64,000 nt of DNA. Source: Mobula hypostoma. Lineage: Eukaryota. Of the stretch, positions 50,237 through 62,036 are shown piece by piece; the first letter of the stretch is position 1; each line of letters begins with the position of its first letter. Position numbers and translations under genes: made by a program. The notes below the pieces were generated by a model that searched no databases, was not told where the DNA came from, and saw nothing but the letters and a program-made list of their open reading frames with translations. Location: contig NC_086097.1 in the NCBI RefSeq assembly GCF_963921235.1, forward strand, positions 209,066,001 through 209,130,000, in the 5' to 3' direction.

Positions 50237-51487
50237 ATGATGGTAGGGCTTTATCCATGACGTGTTGGGTCAAATCCACTACCTTTTGTAGGATTTTATA
50301 TCCTTTGCATTGTATTCCAGTTGATATAATAAACCATTAATTTCAACGTCTTAAATTTAATGATTAGACTAAAATTCCTGTGCTTTAGCAGGGTAGGTTG
50401 AAACAGGTGCCAGAGAAGTACAACTAATGGGTCTAAATTAAGAGTTCTGCTGTTTCTGCCTCGTGTTCGGGTCAAGGTTACAGCAAACTGGCAGCTGAAG
50501 ATCCAATCAGTTAGGCTTGTTCAGTGTGGTTCCATTGATCTGAGGCTTAATGTCAGGCCCAGAGCTTCTGTGGAAGTGTGAGGAATTGAGCGAATGTAGT
50601 TTTCCTGTGAATTACAGGCAATTCTGAGCTTGAATGTAAGAGTGCTAACTGCAGGGCATTGGTGCGCCCTCCTGGCATGATAGTCCACTTGCCGTTTTTC
50701 CACATTCCATATGTAATATTGGCTTTCTTTCCTAAAAGTTACATTTATTAATTGTGATGTATAATGATTGTTTTACAGGGCAGTCCCTTGGCTGCTGAGA
50801 ACAGTCTGCATGCCTTTTTTTCCTTTTAAATCAAAAACGTCTATTTTCTTTGGCTATCTATATCGTATTGCACAGCTTGCACTTCCTATAATTATTTTAT
50901 TTCATTGGATTTTCATTCTGATACTCCCATATTTAAACTAATAGAATATATTTTGTACTCAGTTGTTAATGAATACCACAAAACATTTTATTATTATCAC
51001 GATCTTGAAAAAGTCTTCAAAAATATATTGGAGAATTTGCATAAAATCAGATTTCCGTAAGTCATGACTTCCATAACCCAAGGAGTCCCTGTGTATATCT
51101 TTTAATGCAATGATTCAAATCTTCTATGGAAATGTCTCCCACGGAAATCTTCCCCACCCCCACTGCTCACAGAAACATCACATCAATCTTGGACATTCCC
51201 TGCAGGCATTCATGTACTTAATGTTTCTATTTCCTTTTCAATACAAGCAAAGGAACAATTGTGTTCACTTATTACTTTGGTTAGACAGCCCATGTAACTA
51301 TTTGTTTTCCTATGTCAGAATTGTTGTTTGGTTGTCAGCTCGTCAGAAGCTAGGTCAGCTTTTCAAAATTTTCATGGTCAGCTTTTGCTTTTTGTTGCAG
51401 GGGAAGGTAGGGGAGGGTTGCATGGGTGATGATTCAGCATTGGTGTATTTGTCGGGGAAAGTGGACGGGACACAATCCTTACCTGGC

Positions 51488-51501
51488 AGAGAGAGAGAGA
51501 G

Positions 51502-51547
<46 letters not shown>

Positions 51548-51560
51548 TGTGTGTGTGTGT
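51488..51560. repeat. Compound (GA)n(GT)n microsatellite
   Basis: Directly visible. Confidence 0.97.
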
Positions 51561-52160
51561 TCTATCACTGATGTGGGAGCAAGGACAGCATTAGCAACCT
51601 ATGGGAGATCAAGGATTTGCTTGTATTGTCAACATTGACTCTGAGGTCTCTGGGAGAGGTGGCCACAAAGCAGGAGTTCGTCTCTACTAGGAAGGATGCA
51701 GAACAACTGTGGACACAGATCAGGGGTTGGTGACCGCTTGGAAATTGGTGGGGGAGGGGGGTGTGGGGTGAGCAGTGGTGGGTGGAGGGTGGTGTTGACA
51801 TGCAGTCCTGTAAAAATAGGACTGTGTTTCTCTAGAAGTGGCGAGTAACAGCACATCTTACTCTATGTTCCCCTTATTGCCCCAAGGATTGATGTTATCT
51901 ATTCACCTCTGACACGAACATTGCAACAGAGAATCACAACAGAAAATCCAAGTTCCAGTTTTTTTAAATTATCATACAAAATGCTCCATTCCATCTTTTG
52001 TACTTTGATTTTCAATGGCACGGCACAGAACAATATTGTTCAAGTTAATTTCCAGACATAAATAAATGGCTATGTAATGAATTGCATGCACCCCCATAGT
52101 TCGTCTGCCACTAATATGTTAACATATTGCTTCAAAGCTTTCTTAAATACAGACTAGCTG

Positions 52161-53600
52161 AAGGTTCAAGATTGTTTAATGCCATTTCCTGTAAAGGAGA
52201 ACAAAATAATTATTTTTCTGGATAAAATGAAGCACAAAATCCAAAAGATGAAGAACACAATAATGATTAAAAACATGTAATAAATATAAATACATAAGAT
52301 AGCTTGAATACGTAAATAAGAGAAAATCAGCAGTTGCTGGAAATCCAAGCAACACACACAAAATGCTGGAGGAACTCGGCTTGCCTTGGCTTGCTGAGTT
52401 CCTCCAACATTTTGTGTGTGTAGCTTACAATCAATCTATGCATACACATCCATAAAGTAATACTAGGTTATGCATATGGTGACTGACAGGAAATAATAAA
52501 GTAGTGGTGGAGTTAGTGGGTAGGGGTGTTGATCAGCCTTGGGGAAAGTAACTATTTTTGAGTCTGGTGGTTCTGGCCTGGATACTACGTAGCCTCTTCC
52601 CTGATGGGAGTTGGACAATCCACGAGCAGGGTGTGTGAGATCCTTCATGATGTTACTGGCCTTTTTCTAGCACCTCTCTGTATATCTGTCCGAGATGGCA
52701 AGTAGGCTGCTGCTAGTGATGTGTTGGGCAGTTTTGATGACTGATTCCCGTCTACTGCAGTCCAGTTTCTGTCCTAAGCAGAGAAGCAGCTTGCCAGGGT
52801 GCTCTCTACTGTGCATTTATAAAATGACATGAGTATGGATGTGCAAAGTCCAGCTCCCCTCCGAAAGCAGAGGCATTGATGAGCTTTCTTGACCGTAAGG
52901 GAAGTGTTTGGGGCCCAGGAGAGATTGTGTGTCATGTGCACTCCCAGGAGTTTGAAACTACTTGGTTTTCATTCCTCTGCCACTGATATAAAGGAGAGTG
53001 TGAGTGGTACGACTTCTCCTTCGTCTTGCTAACATTAAGGAAGAGGTTATTTGCCTGGCACAAAGATCTTCCACTTTCTCTCTATGGACCATCTCATCAT
53101 TGTCGGTGATGAGCCCCATGACTGTCGATTCACCAGCAAACTTGATGATGTAATTGCTTGGGTGTTTGGCCGTGAAGTCCTGTGTGACTAGAATGTACAG
53201 CAATGGGCTCAGTACACAGCCCGGGGGAGGGGGAGCCCGTGTCTCTGTGTTAAGAAAGATTGGGAGGGAGGAGCGGTTGTGCATCCTGACTATCTGAGGT
53301 CTCTTCGGTAGGAAGTCCAACAACGATTTGCACACTGGTATATTTAGACTGAGAAATAGGAGTTTGTTCATCAAGTTCTGTGGGACAGTAATGTTGAACT
53401 GAAATCCAGAAACAGCATTCTAACATAAGCATCCTCGTTTTTAGGACTGTCATGCGACGGCACCTGTCGTAGAGCAGTTCTGTCTGTAAGCATGTTAGTG
53501 AGAATCCAATGTGTCAGAATAGAGTTTCTGATATTGCCGTTATCAGCTATTGAAAGCACTTTGTGATGTTTGGCGTCGGTGTAACCGCTTGGTAGTTGTT
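52161..53600 (-). mobile_element. Rex1/Babar-like LINE (degraded), same family as 12702-15330
   Basis: [27 protein letters not shown]; tail aaggttcaagattgtttaatgccatttcc. Confidence 0.8.
52310..52420. mobile_element. PLE fold-back mini-insertion
   Basis: Tail plus cacacacaaaatgctggaggaactcggc, then the inverted gctgagttcctccaacattttgtgtgtg; flanked by tagctt. Confidence 0.75.
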
Positions 53601-53839
53601 TAGTTCTGAAGGTGTAGCGTTCTTTGGTTCATGAATTACCAGACTGCTGCTCTCTACAGATTACTAATGCTCCACCAGGGGAGAGCATCAAACTATGTCC
53701 AGAGGCCAAGGAGCAGAAATGGCATGTAAAAATACTATATTGTTTTCAGACAAATCATTTACCTTCTCTTGAAATTGTGTCTTTCACACAACAAGACATT
53801 ATCTACATTATCCTGTACTTGAACAAAGCAGATACATTT

Positions 53840-54048
53840 GCTACACTCACAACACGCTGGAGGAACTCAGCAGGTCGGACAGCATCTGTGGAAACAATCA
53901 GTCAACGTTTTGGGCCGGAACCCTTCGTCAGGTTCCGGCCCAAAACGTTGACTGACCTTTTCCACAGATGCTGCCTGACCTGCTGAGTTCCTCCAGCGTG
54001 TTGTGAGTGTTGCTTTGACCCCAGCATCTGCAGAGTATTTTGTGTTTA
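53840..54048. mobile_element. PLE fold-back mini-insertion forming a long hairpin centred on a hammerhead core
   Basis: 25-bp perfect inverted repeat 53898-53922/53931-53955, extending imperfectly to ~80 bp. TSD agatacattt at 53830-53839 and 54049-54058. Confidence 0.88.
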
Positions 54049-54784
54049 AGATACATTTCATCAGATAACCTGCTTCCAATTCCTTACAAGAATTTGTTGT
54101 TGGATTTTTAATAAGTAACATTGTGAGTTGGTGCCTTGCATTTTCCATTACAAGGACTTGTGTTCTTAGGATTAGGTACAATCTTTTAAAATGAAGCCAA
54201 TAAACTGATTACTCCGATCTATTAATGGGAGTCTTTGGTGTTAAAGTAATGCCAATAGTCATCAGTTGAAGCTTGTTGACTAAGATCTTGTCACTAACTG
54301 TCAATGGTATTACAGGCTTTTATGTTGAAGTAATTGGAAGATCTCAGAATAACTATAGAAGTTTTCAATGCCAAAGCTGGATGAAATATGGAGACAGTAG
54401 TATAATCCATTTTGCTGAGACCCTCTATTATTCGGGTCAAGGAGCTGTCCACTAGGTCTTTCACTGGGTTAGGTAATGTGCCAGATCTATGATTTCATGG
54501 ATTCCAATCCCAACCATGAATCAAGTTGTTTATGCTTCTATTTATTTATATTTAAGGTACTTTTGATAGCTATTTTATTTAACTTATTTATTTTTATTTT
54601 TAAATGTATCTGAATATCATAGGTACCGGGGGAAAAATGTTTCTCAGATTTTGTGGCTGTAGTCAGGACCTTGCCAATTGCTGAACACGTTCAGAGGAAC
54701 TTTTGGGTTGAGGATTTTGGTTCAAGGATACTTTGAGCTAGCAAGAAAGACCCATGTGGCATGGACTAGGTAAACATGGATTTT

Positions 54785-54967
54785 TAAATATATTATTTCT
54801 GTTTTTTGCATTAGTTTTAATCTATTCAATATATGTATACTTTAATTGATTCACATATTTATTATTGTTATTTTTCTTCTATATTATGTATTGCATTGAA
54901 CCGCTGCTGCTAAGTTAACAAGTTTCACAACACATGCCAGAGATAATAAACTTGATTCTGATTCTGG
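54785..54967 (+). mobile_element. Rex1/Babar-like 3' UTR only
   Basis: gcattgaaccgctgctgctaagttaac...gattctgattct, as at 23820-23912. Confidence 0.8.
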
Positions 54968-55486
54968 TGTAACCACTGGCAACAGGCCCAATCAAGTGAA
55001 CTAAGTCAAAATCAGAGATGCTGTAGAGAGATTTCACTGCTTATTACTTGATCATCAATGTTTCTGTTAGATGTGCAAGGCTTCTGCAGCACCAGTAATA
55101 AATTTCATTCTAACTATATTGTTAATAATGGCTCCTTAGTCTTGATAACAGCTCTGTAATCTAACAGACTCAATGATAACACCAAATCCAGTAAAGCCCC
55201 TTCCTATACCTCTCTCTCTCTCAATTGTAGTTGTACTGGGGTCTTATTGCAAGAAAACACGATTATATTGGAGGAGGATAGTCATATTCTTTCCATCATA
55301 ATTGTTATAAGTAGCAGATTTGCGTACCTTTATCTGGAAAACATGACACAAATGAGCAAGCAAAATATTTGGGAACACAGCTTCAGTTAGAGGGCAAATA
55401 AATCGAGTGACTGTTAAAGACGCCTGAATTAGAATTTTTCCATTTGACTTTTTCCAAAATGAAACAGGGATATCAACAACAACAAA

Positions 55487-55735
55487 AGTTCAAAGTAAAT
55501 TTGTTATCAAAGTACATATATGTAATCCCTGATTCATTTTATTGAGGGCATACTCCAGAAACCTATAGAATATTAGCCATAACAGAATCAATAAAAGACC
55601 GCCCAGCTTGGGTGCTCTGAGTGCAGAAGACAACAAATGTGCAAGTACAAAAGGAAAGTAATAATAATAAATAAAGAAGCAATAAATATCGAGAATATGA
55701 GGTGAAGAGTCCTTGAAAGTGAGTTGTTCAAAGTG
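55487..55735 (-). mobile_element. Rex1/Babar-like 3' UTR only ((TTTGAAC) type)
   Basis: agttcaaagtaaatttgttatcaaagtacata..., as at 48708. Confidence 0.75.
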
Positions 55736-55789
55736 AGCCCTTTTTTTATTGACTCACAACCAGCACATACAAAATACAACATTTTTTTA

Positions 55790-56460
55790 AATGCACAGGA
55801 TCCTTAAGTTTGAGGATATTGATGTCTACACATGATACTTGGTGCTTCTTGATACAATAATGGGACTTGCACAAACTGAGTTGATTATCATTTGACCATT
55901 ATGTGGGTAGCTTGTGACAATACCATGGAAAGACCAGCAGTTCCAAGTTCTCCCCTGAGTCACACATTGGACTGATACTAATATTTTACTTTGCAATATC
56001 CAAAGTGAGTCACCAACCATCAACTTAATAGAACCATTCTTCATTCATTGCTAGTTCAAAAACCTGAAATTCTCAGGCCCCCACTTGATATGGGCTCCCA
56101 AAACCTCCTGTTTTGTAGCATGTTTACCAGAAAAGACAGCTGAACTTCCCCCGTCACTGCTCGGGAGAAATAGTATATCTGAGTTGTTATAGTTGTTATC
56201 GTTTACAACTAAATTCAGTTGGTTCTTCACCATTCAGGGTGTACAAGGGGGAAAGACAAGGATGAAGAGAAGAAAACAGAAGAAATAAGGATGAAGTGAC
56301 AAGAAACACAGAGCATGAGATGGAGTAAAAGAAACATAAAGATTGGTGGAAGAGAACTACACAAAGTAGAAAAGCAGGAAGAGTGAGGGTAGAACACAAG
56401 GGGGCAGAGGAGAAAGAAAAGAAAAACAATGAGGAAGAAAAGAAGAAAGGTGAGGGATAA
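55790..56460 (+). pseudogene. Possible highly degraded PIF/Harbinger transposase fragment
   Basis: YHLTIMWVACDNTME at 55886 resembles the YHSINVQLVCD block, preceded by an IDxTH-like sequence and followed by a purine-rich (acidic-tail-like) tract. Multiple frameshifts. Confidence 0.3.
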
Positions 56461-57170
56461 GAGGTAATTATAAATACATAAACAGAGAAAGGAGGAAGAG
56501 TCGGATGGAGTGGGTAATGGAAAAGAAAGCTTTAACTGTGAAAAGGACCAAGACAGAATTGTAAATAACTTTAAAATGGATTTTACCCACTTGTTATATA
56601 GTGCTGCGGTTAGATTAATGCTTGATCAGGTGACCAACAGAAATCACTATATATTTATGAAAATCATGTCAGAAAAATTGTCAGGATATTTTTTCACTCT
56701 TATTCCTTCACTTGCCATTTGAAGTTGTATGTAGAACCTGCAGCATTCCCACACTGACCATGGCTTTAAACTATATATGCCATGCAGGTACTAGACAACA
56801 GAAAAGGAATGCTAAGGAGGTGCAGAAAAATCGTATTTAGTATAACATTACTTCGTGAATAAAACTACCTTTCTAAAACTTGAACAACATTCTCATTTTC
56901 AGGCATCTGTGCACAGATATAATGCTATCCCCTAATCTGTACCCTTTGTTTATTCTGCATTACCTTAAACATTGTTTTGCACTCTCCTTTTCTATTCTTT
57001 GGTGTAGACTTATTGTGCAGTTGATGAAGCAAGTTAATTTTTAAGCCAGGGAATTTTTGGTTCAGCTAATCACGAGACTACTGAAAATCTAGAAAAGATG
57101 TTCTCCTCAGTATTCAGTAGAGTTTTCCTTTGATAAGAAGGAGGTTGCAAACTAATCATGGGCATCAATA

Positions 57171-57434
57171 TTTTATTTATTAATAAATAAAATACAGCAC
57201 AGAATAGGCCCTTCCAGCTCTTTGAGCCACACCACCCAGAAATCCCCCATATTAATCCTAGCCTAATCATACGACAATTTACAATGACCACTTAACCTAA
57301 CATCCTGTATGTCTTTGGATTGTGGGATCCCATGTGGTCACGGGGAGCATGTACAAACACTTCACAGGCAGTGGCGGAAATTGAACCCCAGTCGTCTGGT
57401 ACTGCAAACTGATGTGCAAACCACAATGCTGCCC
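57171..57434 (-). mobile_element. tRNA-derived V-SINE (HE1-like)
   Basis: Reverse complement starts gggcagcattgtggtttgcac, has B box gggttcaatttcc and cccacaatccaaagac; similar to 22030-22325. Confidence 0.78.
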
Positions 57435-58339
57435 TATCATAATATATAAGTATATTGTTATATTATCCCTCCTGTTCAGGGTAGTCCTGCAGAGAGCTTG
57501 GTTCCTACCAAAAAAGCGTGAGATGATTAATTAGTCTTAAATTAGTCAATGCTGACAGAAAGCACTAAAAATTGTTTATTAACTCTTTTCTAATAGAGAA
57601 GAATTCAGTTCCAGCAATAGCACATACATTTTGAAATTTATTCAATTTATTAACACCATTTTTTAAAATGCTTTATCTATAAATCCTACAGTGGGGGGGA
57701 TAAACAATCTCAAAATCAGATAGGCAAGTAGATAGAGTGGTTACAACTAGTATCTCATGGAAAATTGAAAGCAGCTTGGGACCAATTCTCTTATATTTAA
57801 AAAATGGTGACATTGGATCAATAGGAGAATGAGTTCTAATCTGTTTTGTCCAGAATAAGGTACGTATTTTTTGCTTTTTTTGTATATACTATTGGTCCAT
57901 TTTGATAGTGTCTTCATTCTGAGAAGCCTAAAACAAAATGTGAGCTAAGAAATTGAAAAAGGCAACTCCAAAAGAAAGTGGAAATTGAATTGACCCAGAG
58001 AAGGTGGCATTTCTGGGTGAATTACAACCCACAGGGGAATGTGGCTCCTCGTTGTTCATTCTACATTCTGATATTTTGTTCCAACATCAATGACGTCAAC
58101 ACTAATGCAACACACAAAATTTGTCTGCAGAGATATTTTCAATCTCTCTGTTCTGAAAATGATAGCTTTTACTCATTTACAGAACTACCTGATTTTGGTG
58201 ACACAATACCCCTAAAAACCATGCTACCTACATGTTAACATTCTTTATCTTTACTGATAGGTATACAACAAATACAGAATATCACATGTACATGAGTGAT
58301 TCTACGTGTGTCTGTTTTGTCCATGAGGACAGGGTCACA

Positions 58340-58620
58340 TTCACATTCAGGATCATTGCCTGCTGCTGCTGTTGAATTGTGTCAAGTCTAATAGTTTGCT
58401 ATGCAGTGCTATACAAGAGCAGCCTCCCAGATTTTGTACTCTTCGGAGGAGACTTCATCTATTTTTTCCTTCAGGCCACAGGAGCACACAAAGAGAACAC
58501 AAATATTTACCTGCCATTTATAGACTGCACACACATCCTTGTAGAGACCTCCTTGACAAATCCCATAGTCTATAAAGTACTTGTCTTCACGTGGAATTAT
58601 TTTTCGTCAGCCTGCCCAAT
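58340..58620 (+). pseudogene. Degraded PIF/Harbinger (HARBI1-like) transposase fragment
   Basis: Across frameshifts: SGSLPAAAVELCQV..AMQCYTR...GDFIYFP...IDCTHILV...NPIVY. This is colinear with the Harbinger SGSFQ...GDLCGISQ...YIxFP...IDCTHV motifs (IDCTHI at 58520-58537). Confidence 0.55.
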
Positions 58621-59370
58621 TAACCTGCTGAGAACACTCACACCGTTCCCTTCCATTCATTCAGGAGTAACATGCCCCTGTAACTACAAGAGTATTGCCT
58701 GTATTGTGATTTGGTCTTTTGCAAGATGGTTGCAAAGGTCACAACTGCTGTGCATGTGGGATCTTGCAAAATCAGTGTCAGTGCAGCAATAGCCACACAA
58801 GCCCCACGGCATAATTCATAGAACCTTCCAAATTAAGTTTTCATTCTTTGTGTGACTTTCACAATCAATGCCAGGGTGACTGTGGTTCTGTCTTAAATCA
58901 AGATTCAGTGTTACACAAAATGTCATCATCTCTTTAAAAAAAATACCTTATTGCATATACAGTTGTCAGAGTTGGGACTGGTGATAGCTTGCGTGACAAG
59001 AATTTTCCTAATCTATCTCTTCTCTCCCAATCTGTGATTTCTGAGCAAATGACAGGCATTATCCAGCGGGTAACATTTTTCTATTGGCAATTTGCTAACA
59101 AAAACATGAGAGATCAGCCTTCTGCTCTGTTTCCGGTAGCTGCCTGCTGTGATTTACTTGAAATCCCGAGTACAGCTTATCAGACAAGTTAGAGGAATGC
59201 AGACCGAGTGCCTACCTGTTTACTCTAGGCACTCGACCTATTGTTCTGTCATATGCCCTGAATGATTGTGAATGGTTGACCTTGGCTGGTAAACTCTGAT
59301 TTTACAAGAAGCAATCTGTTTCTAACTCAGTAAATTACAGGGCCAAACACTGCTTAAAATTCATATTTTC

Positions 59371-59900
59371 TAACATGAGAAAATTTGCAGATCTGGAAAT
59401 TCAAAGCAACAGACTCAAAATGCTGGAGGAACTCAGCAGGTCAGGCAGCATCTTTGGAAAAGAGTCAACAGTTGACATTTCGGGCTGAGACCCTTTCTCA
59501 GGACTAAGAAGGAAGGGGGTAGATGCATGAATAAAAAGATGGAGGGGAGGGGAAAGAGGCTAGCTGGAAGGTGATAGGTGAAGCCAGGTGCATGGGAAAG
59601 GTCAAGGGCTGGAGAAGAAAGAAACTAATAGGAGAGGAGAGTGGCCAATAGGAGAAAGGGAAGGAGGAGGGGGCCTAGGGACAAGTAATAGGCAGGTGAG
59701 AAGAAGTGAAAGGTCAGATAGGGAATAGAGGTGGGTGGAAAGGGATGCTGTAAACCAGAAGAATAAATCTACATTCACACCTTCAAGTTGGAGGGTATCT
59801 ACATGTTGCTCCTCCACCTTGACACAACAGGAGACCACAGATTGACACATCAGAATGGGAATCAGAATTAAAATGTTTGGCAACCAGGAAGTCCCACACT
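59371..59900 (-). mobile_element. Degraded PLE 3' end + pseudo-LTR (hammerhead relic at 59469-59507)
   Basis: aatgctggaggaactcagcagg...cagttgacatttcgggctgagaccctttctcaggact; GIY-YIG C-terminal remnants. Confidence 0.8.
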
Positions 59901-60311
59901 TCTTATCTGTGTTTGGCATGGATATCCTGACCTGATTCACACACATTGACCCATCACCTGTCCCTACTTGCCATCTTTGTGGATCATAGATGTTCACTGT
60001 CTTAGTCTCATCCATATTATTCCTCCCTTTGCTGGAGTTACGATAGCACCTTCCATACTTAGACTGTCTATCCCCAGGATCGAACCCTCATGGCTTGGAC
60101 ATTGTCCAAAAATCTACAGGAAGCTGAACTCCCTCTGCCTCAAGAACCTGAGGCTCACTTCTCTCTGAACTCATTGTTTCACCCACTGTGCTGGTAATGT
60201 AAATTGCCAAAAACATTCATGGGCAAGGGTAGATCAGTTATCAATATTAATGATGCTGCGTTCACTAATATATTTCATTGTTGGTCCCCTAATATAATCC
60301 ATGTTGCATTT

Positions 60312-61090
60312 TGTTGCATTTTGGAAGGACAAATCAAGGTAGGACATACACAGTAAATGGTAGGGCACTGAGGAGTGCGGAGGAACGAAGAGATCTGGGA
60401 GTTCAGATACATAATTCCCTGAAAGTGGCATCACAGGTAGACAGGGTTGTAAAGAAGGCTTTTGGCATCCTGGCATTCATAAATCAAAGTATTGAGTATA
60501 GGAGTTGGGATGTTATGGGGAGGTTGTATAAGATATTGGTGAGGCCAAATTTGGAGTATTGTGTACAGTTCTGGTCACCTAACTATAGGAAGGATATCAG
60601 TAAGATTGAAAGAGTGCAGAGAAGATTTACTAGGATGTTGCCGGGTCTCCAGGAGTTGAGTTACAGGGAAAGATTGAACAGGTTAGGACTTTATTCCTTG
60701 GAGTATAGAAGAATGAGGGGGAATTTGATAGAAGTTTACAAAATTATGAGGGGTATAGACAGAGTAAATGTGAATAGGCTCTTTCCACTTAGATTAGGAG
60801 AGATAAATACGAGAGGACATGGCTTTAGGGTGAAAGGGGAAAGGTTTAGGGGGACCTTCTTCACTCAGAGTGGTGGGAGTGTGGAACGAGCTGCCATCTG
60901 ATGTGGTAAATGCAGGATTACTCTTAAGTTTTAAGAATAAATTGGATAGGTACGTGGATGGAAGAGGTCTGGAGAGTTATAGACTGCATGCAGGTCAATG
61001 GGACTAGCGGAATAATGTTTCGGCACAGACTAGAAGGGCCGAATGACCTGTTTTCTGTTCTGTAGTTTCTATGGGTCTATGGTTCTATGG
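60312..61090 (+). mobile_element. CR1 LINE 3' part
   Basis: 196-aa open segment LHFGRTN...[13 protein letters not shown]...; (TTCTATGG)-like tail. Confidence 0.92.
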
Positions 61091-62036
61091 GTGACCAGTG
61101 CTAGCAATGGATACTGTCCTTACTGACTCTATGATCTGGTTGGCAGTCAGATTCCTCCCTTTTTTGGACACAACCTCCAACCATGTGCTGAGAGGCCATT
61201 GCTGTAACATATAATTTCCTTTATTTTCCTTTGACTATTCTGGTACTTGCTTGCTCGGGGTTCTTGTTGCCGGCACAAAAAGCAAGTCCTCTGTGTTGTC
61301 ACAGCAGCTACATCCACTACAGCCACTTTACAACTTTTCTCCCCCACCTGCCTGGTCCACCCTCCTGATCCATGATACTATCGTAGGGTAGGTTAGTCTC
61401 ACTGCTAACTTCATCTAAATTTTCCTGCTGGGCTGAGCTCAGCTCTTCCTTCAGCATTTTCAGGAAGATTGGATCAGCCTGGATAGTTCAACCCTGAGTA
61501 CTCTTCATGTGCTCGGCACTTCATGTGTGCACTTACAGTCTCTTGGCATGATCCATGGCAAGCTTACCAACTCTCTGAACTACTGACATTATCACTCCCA
61601 ATTATTCTCATATCCCTCTGTCACTGCCTCACTTCCCACTTAAAGCAGTGATATCTTTACTCATTACTCACATTCCCACTATTTGCCCATAGACCAACCC
61701 GTACCTCCTGGACGATACTGTTGCACATTTAGCTTTTACCAGCACATGTACTTCTTCATGGTGCATCTGGTGAATTTCAATCTTCTCTTCAAGCTTGCAA
61801 CAGGTTTCTGTGTTTCCACAAGTAACTTTAAGTGGGGGTGGTTCACCGAAAATGCTCTGCTCCTCCCAGGTTTGAAGGGCTTGTGGATGATGGTAATCAG
61901 GGTCAGAGACTGGCTGGAGTCATCAGAATTTTTGATTTGGCATTGTCTGTCCTCAATAGGTGCCATCTGAATAAATATGTCTGGCTATAACCTCTCCCTC
62001 AATATTTCCACATTTATTCCTAGTTTTAACAAAATA

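Noticed and set aside
51110..51571. 153-aa ORF ending RERERECVCVCV
   Set aside because: The length is inflated by the (GA)n(GT)n microsatellite; no domain.
59174..59185. agcttatcagac matches part of miR-21
   Set aside because: Only 12 nt match, the rest of the mature sequence differs, and there is no precursor hairpin.
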